Of a stretch of 28,863 nucleotides of DNA, positions 8,694 to 18,997 are shown one piece after another; position 1 is the first letter of the stretch; each line of letters starts with the position of its first letter. Source of the DNA: Myxococcota bacterium (lineage in GTDB: Bacteria; Myxococcota; XYA12-FULL-58-9; JABJBS01). The stretch is taken from NCBI GenBank assembly GCA_036339465.1, contig JAYZAY010000005.1, positions 1 to 28,863 of the forward strand. Reading direction: 5' to 3'. A program made the translations under genes and the position numbers. The notes under the pieces are model-generated. The model searched no databases. It was not told the origin of the DNA and saw nothing but the letters and a program-made list of their open reading frames with translations.

Positions 8694-9914
8694 CTACGAA
8701 GATACCGGTCTGCTCTTCGTAACCTTAAAACCGGCATCCACGATAGTAGTCACAACGGCTAGCTCGTCCATAGTACCTTTGACCAATGCCTGCCCAGCGG
8801 CAAAAGTAACCTCGGCACTTTCAACGCCCACCATAGCCATCAAACACTTCTGCAGACGGGAAGAACACCCACCACACTTCATCCCCTCAATTTGCAATGT
8901 GAACACAGATGGACCCACGTCACCCATACGACGGGGAAGACGTTGCCGGAGGTCGTCGAGGGCAAACTTTGCCAAAAGCCCGCTGAGGACCACGGCCGAG
9001 AGGGTTATCCACCAAGAAGTTGATTCGTGCGTGTGCTGCATCAAATCGAAAACCTGGTCGGGAAATAGCGAGTCAAAGAGCAAACCCAAACTGACACTCC
9101 CAATCACAATCGTCGCCAAATAAACCCCAAGCACTCGCTTACCAAGTCCTCTATACACGGCTCCTACCGTCGCCACATTGGTCGCGGGACCCGCCATAAG
9201 GAAAACCAAAGCAGCGCCCGTGGGTAATCCACTCGCAATTAATGCCGCCGCAATGGGGACCGATGCAGTGGCGCAAACATAGAGGGGAAGACCAATCATC
9301 AGGGCCCCAAGCATCGCCAACCACGGATCTGCTGCGCCCAATTCTACGATCCAACTCTCCGGTGCAAACACGCCGATGGCCGCCGAGACAACGATACCGA
9401 AAATGAGCCACCGCCAGACAGTCTGTAAAATTTGAAGTCCATGTGTAACGCCGTCATACAAACTTGGACGTGCGCCCTTTGAATTGGTCACTCCGAAATG
9501 TCCTTGCCTATTCTCGGGCTCTACCCAATCCGCCAGGAAACCTCCCACCAAGCCGGTAAGTAAAGCACTAAGAACCTTGAAGATGGCGAAGGGCCAACCC
9601 AGCAAAGACGCACTCACCAAAATTGAATCCACCCCCGTCTGAGGCGTGCTTATCAAAAAGCCCGTCGTCGCACCACGGCTGGCACCCTGCTGCCGCAGGC
9701 CGAGTCCTGTGGGGATAACTCCGCATGAACAGAGAGGAAGAGGAACCCCAAGTAAGACGGCTTTGACCACACCCCAAAATCCACGCAATTCGCGCTGAAT
9801 GAAATTCTTCGGAATAAAGACATGCAATAGTCCGGCGATGCCGGCGCCAAGAAGCAACCACGGAGAAAGCTTGAGCATAATAGCCCAGAGGGCCACGAAC
9901 ATTTCCATTATCAT
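8694..9914 (-). CDS. SO_0444/ArsP-type metal efflux permease with C-terminal HMA domain
   Basis: PLPLCSCGVIP, ISTPQTGVDS, PLYVCATASVPIAA and AGPATN motifs; C-terminal GMKCGGC. Confidence 0.92.
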   Translation of the reverse strand: MIMEMFVALWAIMLKLSPWLLLGAGIAGLLHVFIPKNFIQRELRGFWGVVKAVLLGVPLPLCSCGVIPTGLGLRQQGASRGATTGFLISTPQTGVDSILVSASLLGWPFAIFKVLSALLTGLVGGFLADWVEPENRQGHFGVTNSKGARPSLYDGVTHGLQILQTVWRWLIFGIVVSAAIGVFAPESWIVELGAADPWLAMLGALMIGLPLYVCATASVPIAAALIASGLPTGAALVFLMAGPATNVATVGAVYRGLGKRVLGVYLATIVIGSVSLGLLFDSLFPDQVFDLMQHTHESTSWWITLSAVVLSGLLAKFALDDLRQRLPRRMGDVGPSVFTLQIEGMKCGGCSSRLQKCLMAMVGVESAEVTFAAGQALVKGTMDELAVVTTIVDAGFKVTKSRPVSS

Positions 9915-10634
9915 TCCAACCCCAACCTCTTTGCTGGCAACTTATAGATAAACTCTACAAACGCATCACGAGAGCATCAACCGAAGATTGACGATTCCGC
10001 AGAGCTTGCCATACGCTACAAACAAAACCAACCACGTGGGAATCATGACTCAATCTATTAGAATCATCTTCTTTTTCCATAAAAATAAACGATCCTTTCA
10101 CCTCCCTGAGTCGCCAAAAAGATTTCCCATCTATTTTGCAGATATTCGGTGCCTAGGGATTCCATTGGCAAGCGCCTCGGCAGTAGAGCATTCGGATGGG
10201 TCAGTCATAATGTTGTAGAGAATCTGTCGCCCCTCAAAAGGAAACTGACCGACAACTCTGTCTTATCGACTTTGACGATTCCGAGTTTCAACATTATCTC
10301 AATGATTTGGTTCCGATAGTTTATACCTTTCCCCAAAGCACCCTCAACCAAGCGGCGTATGCGACTTTCTTTTTTAATCATCGTGTGTTGGGCTAGGGTC
10401 GTTGAAGCTTGGGGCTCCTTACCTATTCCGAAATTCTTCTCTCTTTTTACAATTCCAGCCCCCATGCTCCATACACCGAACGTTAAACTCGACCAAGACG
10501 ATGCACTCGAATTGAGCCTGGTTTTGGGGACCCCGATTTATTGATGCACGCGGATTACGAAAACATCGTCAGGGAGTGTTTAGCGCAAGACCTGTATCAC
10601 GATAAATCCCAAATTGGCGGGCTCCTCTTAGGTT

Positions 10635-11087
10635 TCACAAAAGGGCTTCGAGCCATCCATCGAGGCAAATATTCAATCGGTTTCGGCAGGCGATAAAGGC
10701 ATCTAAGTTTTGACCCACAGGATCCGTAATCCCGGTGAGGGGTCGAGAATGCTCTCCGAACTCCCACATACAGACGATTTTTTCCGTTAGTTCAGGTGCA
10801 TCGCCATGAAGCATCTTTTTATGCTCCGGTGCCATTCCCACAATGTGATCACATGTGGTCAAAAGAGAGATGCGTATCCCCTGGGAACGATGGTGGGAAA
10901 TATCAATACCTATATTTTTCATGGCTTCAACGGCATGAAGTGAAGCGGATTCGCCCTCAATCTTGAGGGTCCCCGCGGAGCAAACCTGTGCGAGAATGTT
11001 CAGACGCGCCAACTTGGCAATGGCCAAGCCTTCGGCCATGGGTGAGCGACAAATATTCCCACTGCAAATGAACATGACCTTTATCAT
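10635..11087 (-). CDS. Low-molecular-weight protein tyrosine/arginine phosphatase
   Basis: CSGNICRSPMAE P-loop, SAGT and the DP motif (ITDPVG). Confidence 0.93.
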   Translation of the reverse strand: MIKVMFICSGNICRSPMAEGLAIAKLARLNILAQVCSAGTLKIEGESASLHAVEAMKNIGIDISHHRSQGIRISLLTTCDHIVGMAPEHKKMLHGDAPELTEKIVCMWEFGEHSRPLTGITDPVGQNLDAFIACRNRLNICLDGWLEALL

Positions 11088-11646
11088 TTTATCTCTCCGA
11101 ATGCCCGGATTGCTAAGGCTTAACGTTGACCATCAAATCAGAAAGTTTATCTTTCACTATACTTTTCAAAATGACGAGACGTGCATACCCATAGATATGG
11201 AATCGTTTTAGGAATCGTTTTAGCTATCCTTCACCTCGCGACCGAATTATAACCAGACCCAAACATGACATAACCTCCTTAATCGAAGTTCCCAGCCTTA
11301 AAATGCGCCAATAAAAACGCACGTATTTTCCCGTTGCCTCGAAAAAGGGCGGCAGTTGGCTCCCAAGGGCATGGTCTGGACCTTTGACACTAGTTACCAC
11401 GAAGGCAAAGTAAGAGAGCACTCAGCAGAAACAACCCTACATGGATTTACGATGTTGGATCCGTTGCCAGGAAACTTGGGCGACTCCGACCTTCGAAGAA
11501 ACCTATAGATATCGAGATTTTTTCAAACCAATAAACCAGCCACAAAATGGAAAACAAACCCAGCCATGGCCACGAAATTCATGGCATGTAATTACCTCTA
11601 TTCAACGCTCTCTTAGAATGCATCAGCGCCTATTCTCACTTCGAAC

Positions 11647-12582
11647 CTATAACTTGGGCTTAGCCCCCAGCATCGACCCTGTTCCTAAGTTAGGTTCTTC
11701 CTCTAACTCAGACTCTTGCTCTAATCCTGACGCCTCCCCGAACTCGGACCCATCTGATGGAATTAACGAGGGCTCTACTCTTTCTGGCTCTTCCAAAGCA
11801 TTCCCCACCCTCTTTGAAGGATTTCCCACCCTCTCTGAAGGATTAAGTCCCAAGAGGGAATCGAAGTCAAAACGCTCCGTCACGAGTTTATCGGTATCTT
11901 GGTAAAGACTCTTTTTTTGAGCTTGTCGCGCCATATTGGCTATGGTTTGACCGGGTACCTCTTTGTTCACGAGATTAACCACCCACATGGGGACCCATCC
12001 TCCCGGGTCCGCCTCCACAGCATAAGTAACCATGGTTTTGTTGGGGCCCTTGTATTCTAAAACCCAACTTCCATTGCACCTTTCCATACGTTCAATGCCG
12101 TTTTGATGAGGAATGTCTTTATGTGGGACACTCCAAAATGGAGCATGAACCGTATGAGATTTTGGATCAAAAACAAGACCTGTTCTCAAAATAACATCCC
12201 GGTCACTTACCATAATAAAGGGACTGTCCATATGGTTGTAGACCGTGAATTCCGACTTGGAGTGGGTATCAATGATCCTAAAATCCACCGTTTTGTCTAG
12301 AAGTTTTTTCTTATGATCCGTGTCGTACAATACCACAAAGATATCTCGTATGGGTGCTTCAATCAGACCCTGCCCTTTGAACATCACCAGCGGAGGGGCA
12401 GCACCCTCCCCATCACCGATGGCAAGGCCCGCGAAATGCCCATTTTGAAAAAATAAGGCAAAAGCAACAAGGAATAATGCGAAAACAAAAATAACCCTCG
12501 AGCGGCTTAAATAGGTACTGCGAACTTTGTTATCATCGATTCCCGAAGCGTCATTTGCAGAACCCGGCTTCTCTTGAGACAT
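11647..12582 (-). CDS. Membrane-anchored START-domain lipid-binding protein with an acidic low-complexity tail
   Basis: GGGAG RBS before ATG 12582; N-terminal TM helix; FKGQGLIEAPI, VSDRDVIL, GSWVLE, VTYAVEADPGGWVPMWVVN. Confidence 0.85.
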   Translation of the reverse strand: MSQEKPGSANDASGIDDNKVRSTYLSRSRVIFVFALFLVAFALFFQNGHFAGLAIGDGEGAAPPLVMFKGQGLIEAPIRDIFVVLYDTDHKKKLLDKTVDFRIIDTHSKSEFTVYNHMDSPFIMVSDRDVILRTGLVFDPKSHTVHAPFWSVPHKDIPHQNGIERMERCNGSWVLEYKGPNKTMVTYAVEADPGGWVPMWVVNLVNKEVPGQTIANMARQAQKKSLYQDTDKLVTERFDFDSLLGLNPSERVGNPSKRVGNALEEPERVEPSLIPSDGSEFGEASGLEQESELEEEPNLGTGSMLGAKPKL

Positions 12583-12875
12583 GGCCACTCCCAAAAAAAA
12601 CAATACATACTGAAAACCTATGATTCAGGAAATCGGCGTAGTGTACCCCGTACCCTTTATGTTAATGGGCAAAGGGCATCGCAACAACACCTTTTAGAGG
12701 GGTGGGAGATGAAAATCCGAGGTGGGAGATCCCCGTACCTGTCATTTGCTTTCACAAAGTTCAGATATAAACTGACCGGTGGGGGAGATGCCTTAAGTGA
12801 CGGATTTTGTTTCTAATTGTTAAGACAAAAGAAACGACAACTTGACAACCGCACCCCATCTCCTTATCGGAACCA

Positions 12876-14144
12876 ATGGAATCACCAATGCAAATGGGCA
12901 TAGCTGAAAAACTGGACCGACTCTCTGAATCGAGCCTCATAAGGCTTGAAGCCACAGTAATTGGACTCACCTTCTTAGGGCTTATGCTGGTAACCCAAAA
13001 AATTCCCGTGGGCGATATGCTCCTCTATCAAAATGTGGGCGAATCAATTCTGAAGGGTTTGATACCATATCGAGACTTCACCCTCGAATACCCACCCTAT
13101 TGCATCCCACTCTTTATTTTGCCCGCCGCACTCACCACAGAAATCACGAACTATCAATTCTTATTTTGCCTGCAGCTAGGCATCCTTGATATTCTCCTGA
13201 AGCTCTTTTTTTTGAAGGCAATCGGGTCAGCCGCGCCCCCATCCCGCCAACTTGCATGCCTAGGTCTGTATTGCCTCAGCAGCCTCTCCCTCGCTTATCT
13301 CTATCTGCGGCGGTTTGACTTGGTCGTCGCTATGACTGTTCCCCTCGCTATCCTTAGCTTTCGGAAAAGCAAGTGGACCGGGTGCGGATTTTGGATTGGG
13401 ATCGGTACCCTCATCAAACTCTACCCCCTACTATTTATTCCACCAGCAATGTTCCAAGCCCATAAGGAAAACCGGCTATACCCACTCATTCGAGGAGGGC
13501 TATTGTCAATCATTCCCGCGCTACTCCTCTTGCCTTGGGCACCCTGGTGGAAATTTATTCTCTTTCATACAGAAAGAGGTTTGCAAGTTGAATCCCTTTA
13601 CGCTTCCCTCCTTTGGGCCTTCCGATTTCTTGGCATCGATGTGGTGTGGACATTCAATCACTCCTGGTGGGAGATTCAAGGAAGCGTCGCCGATGCACTC
13701 ATTCCATTGGCAAGAATACTCTTTATTGGAACGGTTCTTTTGTCCACCTTTGCGGCTATAAAACTCGTAAGGGCCTCATCGCCACCCCACCGAGAGAGTA
13801 ACTTCCTCATTGCCATGCTGCTGCCACTCATGGCCTTTGTGACCTGGAATCTGGTGTTGAGCCCCCAATATCATATTTGGTTAAGCACCCTCTCGGCCTT
13901 GGTTTTTGCCACCACCACCACGGCTTCCCTAAAAAGAGACATGGCCATCCTAACCTTAATTTCCATTTGCGTTCCTCTCTACTACCCCTCTAGATCCTAT
14001 CATTACGGATTGGATGCCCCTAAGACATGTGTCTTATTGATTCGAAACATCGGCTTGGTGGTCATCTGGCTCAATTTATTAAAACATGCATTCCGGGGGG
14101 GGAGACACAACCCTACCCAAATTGAAGGAGGACGACTTCCTTGA
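12876..14144 (+). CDS. GT87/DUF2029-like integral membrane glycosyltransferase (GT-C)
   Basis: D..LY, PYRDFTLEYPP, RFDL, KLYP, RGLQVESLYAS and VLSPQYHIWL motifs; many TM segments. Start could be 12888 or 12894. Confidence 0.85.
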   Translation: MESPMQMGIAEKLDRLSESSLIRLEATVIGLTFLGLMLVTQKIPVGDMLLYQNVGESILKGLIPYRDFTLEYPPYCIPLFILPAALTTEITNYQFLFCLQLGILDILLKLFFLKAIGSAAPPSRQLACLGLYCLSSLSLAYLYLRRFDLVVAMTVPLAILSFRKSKWTGCGFWIGIGTLIKLYPLLFIPPAMFQAHKENRLYPLIRGGLLSIIPALLLLPWAPWWKFILFHTERGLQVESLYASLLWAFRFLGIDVVWTFNHSWWEIQGSVADALIPLARILFIGTVLLSTFAAIKLVRASSPPHRESNFLIAMLLPLMAFVTWNLVLSPQYHIWLSTLSALVFATTTTASLKRDMAILTLISICVPLYYPSRSYHYGLDAPKTCVLLIRNIGLVVIWLNLLKHAFRGGRHNPTQIEGGRLP

Positions 14145-14281
14145 TCCCCTGCCGCCCACCCTTGCTGAACCGAAAAGCCATCGCCATAGGGTCAACCCAA
14201 AAACATCCCAATATGCGCTACTAATGGTGCCCATACTTATAGGCTAATCCGGTTATCTTTAGGGGCACTGGGCGCGCTATA

Positions 14282-14539
14282 TTAACTCTCGCGTTTCTGA
14301 AAATTCCACTCAGACTTTTTCCCCATACTTCCCACGCCAACCGCGCCTTTTGGAGCGCCACAATAGGGACAGAATCTCCAAGGACGCTCGGTAGGCTTCC
14401 ATTGGATATGACCACAGGCACCACATTCATAATTCTTTTTTCTTTCCTTGCTAGTGCCTACACGCAGAAGCCACACCGCGACAATCAAGCTGACCACAAA
14501 AGCCGCTACCACGACGTATCTGAAATCCCATGCTGTCAT
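14282..14539 (-). CDS. Small membrane-anchored zinc-ribbon protein
   Basis: N-terminal TM helix followed by CGAC...CPYC. Confidence 0.6.
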   Translation of the reverse strand: MTAWDFRYVVVAAFVVSLIVAVWLLRVGTSKERKKNYECGACGHIQWKPTERPWRFCPYCGAPKGAVGVGSMGKKSEWNFQKRES

Positions 14540-15060
14540 AATCTAGCAATAGACTAAGCGATCTAGGATTTGAAGGCCAATATCCACCCTCAAATCCAAA
14601 GTAAAAATTCATCCATAGGGATCTTGACCTCGCACCAGTGGCGACGCGATGTCGGCTTCCACGCGCAAACGATTAATGAACATCAGCCACCTCCAAAACA
14701 CAATTGCCAGAAGTGAAAGTCGATTTTATTCGAGGTAAAAAGCGCCGTCGATATAGATCCGAACCAAGACCTCGGTTGTATCTAAAGCTTTCGCAGATCG
14801 AGCTGGATGGGCATACACTTAGTTAGCCCCAGTTTGGGATTTTCGTTCACAATCGATTCAAAGCAAAGCCTGTCATGGGCATCGATATTCAGTCACCCAT
14901 CGCTACCTTCACCTGCCAGAGCGGGTAAACCATTTGGGTCGATGGTTTTAACCTGAGACATCCCATTCGGAACAAAAATTTGGATTCTGGTCCACATCGG
15001 TCAGGTGAAAATCTTGTTCATTGGTGGGATGGCCCTAAGTGAGCTTCCATTAATACAAAC

Positions 15061-15101
15061 GCGATCCCCACAGGCTAGGCTCCCTTTCCAGTGGGGATCG
15101 C
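15061..15101 (-). terminator. Intrinsic terminator-like hairpin after the acyl-CoA dehydrogenase pair
   Basis: 11-bp stem GCGATCCCCAC/GTGGGGATCGC, followed on the minus strand by GTTTGTATT, 22 bp past the stop codon. Confidence 0.65.
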
Positions 15102-15123
15102 TATCTTTAAAAGCCCCAAACAC

Positions 15124-16335
15124 CTAATGGAGTTCTTTGGACGACTTACGTAAAAGACGACGCGCAATAATCAATTGCTGAATCTGTTGAGTCCCTTCAA
15201 AGATATCCGTAATCTTAATATCCCGCGCCCATTTCTCGAGAAGTTCAGTCTCTCCATAGCCTATGGCGCCGCACAATTCCACACAGCGCAATGATATTTT
15301 AGTTCCCACCCTTCCCGCCTTCGCTTTGGCCATGGACGCTTCTTTAGAGTTGGGTTGGCCGTTGTCAGCCATCCACGCTGCTTTCAATGTCAGTAGGCGA
15401 CTGGCTTCCAATTCGGCTTCCATACGAATAATCTCCGCCTCGATGGCACCCTGATCCCAAACCGAACCACGGTAGTCGGGTTCGATTCCTTCCCGTGCGA
15501 AAAAATCCTTGGTTAAATCTAAAGACGCCTTAGCCACCCCAATGGCCATGGCCGCAACCACAGGGCGCGTATTATCGAAGGTCTGCATCGCGCCGGCAAA
15601 ACCCTGGTCTTCTTTGACTTCGGGCTTGCCGAGAAGGTTGTTTTTGGGAATGCGACAGTCCCGAAGGATTAAGCTGACGGTATCCGATGCCCGGATCCCC
15701 ATCTTGTCTTCGACCCGCTCCACAGAAAATCCGGGGGTACCTTTTTCAACCACAAAGGATTTAATTCCGACCTTACCCTTACTCTTGTCGGTGGTGGCCC
15801 ACACCACCGTCAAATCAGCCCGCTCGCCACAGGTTACGAAAATTTTCTCGCCATTGAGAACCCAAGTCTCACCGTCCAAGACCGCAGTGGTGGAGATATT
15901 ACTCGAATCGGATCCAGCGCCTGGCTCGGTGATGGCCATGGCTGCCCACTTCCCTGAAAACCTCGCCTTCTGCTCCGCCGATGCCACCGCCGCAATCGCA
16001 GAATTTCCAAGTCCCTGCCCGGGAATCGTCAGGGTTAAGCCCAAGTCGCCCCAAGCCATCTCAAACAGGGTGAGCACCGCCAACATATTCTTCCCGTTTT
16101 TGACACATTTTTCCCCGGCATCGTTTTCTTCTTTCTTGCTGATGTGACTAGCACCGACGCCCTGCCCACCATCTTCCATGCCTTGGAGGATCTTTCCAAA
16201 AACGTCCAATTCCACAGGGTAGGTATGCTCGTGGGTATCGTATTTTCTCGAAATAGGGCGCAACATGGACTCAGCCACTTCGGAAGCCAAATGTATCATA
16301 CCTTTAAGTCTTGGGGGTATTTCTAAATTAATCAT
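15124..16335 (-). CDS. Acyl-CoA dehydrogenase, FadE23-like (catalytic subunit)
   Basis: AMAITEPGAGSD, LNGEKIFVT, KMGIRASDT and RDIKITDIFEGTQQIQ with the catalytic Glu. Confidence 0.95.
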   Translation of the reverse strand: MINLEIPPRLKGMIHLASEVAESMLRPISRKYDTHEHTYPVELDVFGKILQGMEDGGQGVGASHISKKEENDAGEKCVKNGKNMLAVLTLFEMAWGDLGLTLTIPGQGLGNSAIAAVASAEQKARFSGKWAAMAITEPGAGSDSSNISTTAVLDGETWVLNGEKIFVTCGERADLTVVWATTDKSKGKVGIKSFVVEKGTPGFSVERVEDKMGIRASDTVSLILRDCRIPKNNLLGKPEVKEDQGFAGAMQTFDNTRPVVAAMAIGVAKASLDLTKDFFAREGIEPDYRGSVWDQGAIEAEIIRMEAELEASRLLTLKAAWMADNGQPNSKEASMAKAKAGRVGTKISLRCVELCGAIGYGETELLEKWARDIKITDIFEGTQQIQQLIIARRLLRKSSKELH

Positions 16336-16349
16336 CGTATCTCCTTCAC

Positions 16350-17666
16350 TTAAGCCATCAGATTGCCGACAAGAACTGCGCCTGCGCGCAATTGTCGGTA
16401 CCAGAGTTCGGTGGGGTGTTCACAAACAAAACCGTGACCACCCAAAAGCTGAACCGAATTGCTGCCAATGATCATGGCATGTTCGGCGCAAAAGGTGTGG
16501 GCCAGAAATGCTTCTTTTTGAAATGCCAACCCCTGCTCGGCCCGACTCGCCGCGCGGAGCACCATCAACCGCATGGCTTCAGTTTCGGTGGCCATATCCG
16601 CAATGGTAAAAGCGACCCCCTGGCGATGGGTGATGGGCTCACCAAAGGCAATGCGCTGATTGCCGTAATCGATGACGTAGTCCACCGCAGCTTCGCAGGC
16701 ACCCACCATTAAGCTGCAAAGGGCCAGCCTCCCCAAATCCACGAGTCGCGCGTGGTTGTATTGGATTTCTTTTTCTCCCAAAAGCGCGTTTCGGGGAACC
16801 AACACCCGATCTAAGTGTATTTCCGCCAATCCCGCCCCCCCCAACCCCATGCTTCGCTGGTGTTCAACTTTGAATCCCTTGGCATGACTTTCGACAATGA
16901 AGCCCCGTGGTCCCACCCCTTTGAGGTGGGCCAGAACCAGAAAAACCTCAGCTCGTTTACCGAGGGGAACCATGGTTTTCACGCCACACAGACGATAGCC
17001 ATCCGCCACCTTCGTGGCAGTGGTTTTGAATCGAGTGGGCGCAAAACGCAAAGTGGGCTCCATGAATGCCATCGTGGCCACCGCCATAGCTTCCCCCACA
17101 AAAGCGGGCAGAAACCGTGCCTGCTGTGCACTGGAACCGAATTCGCTGAGGGCATTCACAAACGACAATGGGGCCAGCAGTGCCATGGCCAAGGAAAAAT
17201 CCCCTTTGGCCAATTCTTCGGCAATCAAGCAACTCGTGAGAGGGGAGCGCGCCGTGGCCGCGCCGTCCAATGCTTCGGGAATCGCTAAGAGATTGAGGCC
17301 CAACTCTTGACTCTGGGCCAAGACTTCATCGGAGATATCCCACGCCTTGTCGGCTTTACGGGCTTCGGGACGTAAGACGTTGGCCGAAAACCGCACCAAC
17401 ATCTCCCGCAGCATTCGCTGCTCCTCGGTGAGAGAAAGATCAAATCGCTTGGGGGGCTTGCTTGCCACCCTGAGGCGATCTTCGGGGAGTAACTCTTTGA
17501 TCGGTTTGAATTTGCTTTGAGCCACCACACCAACCTGAACACCGGTTTTGACGCCCTGATAAATCAGTTCTTCGGCTCGGTGGCGGATCCCCCATTTGTC
17601 TATGACAGGCGAGGTCGAAAATCGGTTGAGGATTTGTAGGACATGCCCTATCGGGGTTCGTTTCAT
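16350..17666 (-). CDS. Acyl-CoA dehydrogenase, FadE24-like (probable non-catalytic partner)
   Basis: AAGGAG RBS before ATG 17666; FDLSLTEEQ, R.AFGEPITHRQGVAF, VQLLGGHGF..EHP.ELWYRQLRA; no C-terminal catalytic Glu. Confidence 0.92.
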   Translation of the reverse strand: MKRTPIGHVLQILNRFSTSPVIDKWGIRHRAEELIYQGVKTGVQVGVVAQSKFKPIKELLPEDRLRVASKPPKRFDLSLTEEQRMLREMLVRFSANVLRPEARKADKAWDISDEVLAQSQELGLNLLAIPEALDGAATARSPLTSCLIAEELAKGDFSLAMALLAPLSFVNALSEFGSSAQQARFLPAFVGEAMAVATMAFMEPTLRFAPTRFKTTATKVADGYRLCGVKTMVPLGKRAEVFLVLAHLKGVGPRGFIVESHAKGFKVEHQRSMGLGGAGLAEIHLDRVLVPRNALLGEKEIQYNHARLVDLGRLALCSLMVGACEAAVDYVIDYGNQRIAFGEPITHRQGVAFTIADMATETEAMRLMVLRAASRAEQGLAFQKEAFLAHTFCAEHAMIIGSNSVQLLGGHGFVCEHPTELWYRQLRAGAVLVGNLMA

Positions 17667-18205
17667 GGGGTGCTTTCTCCTTATGGGTCTGCACCATAGT
17701 CTTTTGTACATAGGAAGTTCAAATCCTTAAATCCTTTGCATCAATCGGTCAGGGACCAAATCGTAGTTAAAATAGAGAGAGGCCCCATGCCCGTTGTTCA
17801 AGACTCTAGGTGTGGAGGTGTTGTTTTGCGCTCTGAGGTGGTTTCGGCACAACCTTCCGCGGAGAAACACCGAAGCTTAAGTCACCTAATTCAATCCATT
17901 TTCCCGACAGATGAGGTGGAATGCGCAATTTTTATCCTAAGATTCCGTAGAATAGCCTACCCGGAAAAAATCCCAGCCATAGCCCCTTTGTGCCGTGGCG
18001 AGGCCTCTTTTTGAGGGTAGGACCGCCCTCCCCTGGCCCCCAATAAAAAAACTTGTATCTCAATCCAAGCTTACGGGAACCTCGATGCGGCCCTAAACAA
18101 CAACTTATTAACATGTGACAAGAAAATATGGACTTTTCTAGAGTTTTGGACTTCACAACAAAGCGCAACAGCGTACAATACCGAGTTGGAGAGGGAGGTG
18201 AACCC

Positions 18206-18451
18206 ATGAGCTCTGAACATGCTAAGGCATTTCGAAAAGCGATGACAGCTTCCATGGAACTGCAACTTGAGATCAAAAGCGCCGGCGGCCAGGACATAAG
18301 CCTGGAAGAAATGGTCAACTTAGCCCACAAACACTGGTACGACTGTACACCAGACGAAATTCAAGAAATCCTAAACCACCCACAGAATTTCAACGATGAC
18401 GCCCCAAGGAACAGGAGCGGAGAAAATCGATGGTGCGCCCTGGGCTGGTAA
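18206..18451 (+). CDS. Nif11-like leader-peptide family protein (81 aa), possibly degenerate
   Basis: GGAGG RBS; MSSEHAKAFRKAMTASMELQLEIKSA...LEEMVNLAHKHWYDCTPDEI follows the Nif11 pattern MS.E..KAF...V..D..LQ..LK.A...E..V.IA...G...T.EEL. Confidence 0.65.
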   Translation: MSSEHAKAFRKAMTASMELQLEIKSAGGQDISLEEMVNLAHKHWYDCTPDEIQEILNHPQNFNDDAPRNRSGENRWCALGW

Positions 18452-18997
18452 CCTTAGGATTAAGCTCGCACCAAAAATAGAAGTGCCAGAGGGAACAAAG
18501 CAAATCTCAAAAGTGGCTTGAGATTTTATCCCCTCTCTCCCAAAAAGATGATTCGGAAGAATATGCTCAACCGATGATTCTCCTTTAGAGAATAAACCCG
18601 GACAAAAGGAACCTGAGGCCGGTACCATCGGCTTTCGAAAACGAGTAACTCTCAGCACCGGAAAAACATGGAATTCCTGCAACGAATCAACAATCCTGCG
18701 CAACCGAAGAAACGAGGCTAGAGTATAGACAACGGCTCCATAGGTGAAAAAACCACTGCGCGAACCTAGCCCCCAGGTCAGAAGAGCTTTGCGCCCTTGC
18801 ATGCATCACTATCCAGTGTTGTGCGTCCTGATGATACATGATTGATAGGCAAATCGGGGCGTGTTTGTTTAGGAGCAGATTGAAGCGTTTTTTCATCAGA
18901 CCCGACACAGGAAATCAGGTGCCGTATGACTCTTAGTCGATTTAAGTGCAAAGGACCTAACACAATAAATAATGTGACCGTAAGATTCTGGGTTGAT

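Noticed and set aside
15263..17697. Long antisense or alternate-frame ORFs over the ACAD genes (likewise over the 882-aa gene and the NTP transferase)
   Set aside because: Shadow ORFs of well-supported genes.
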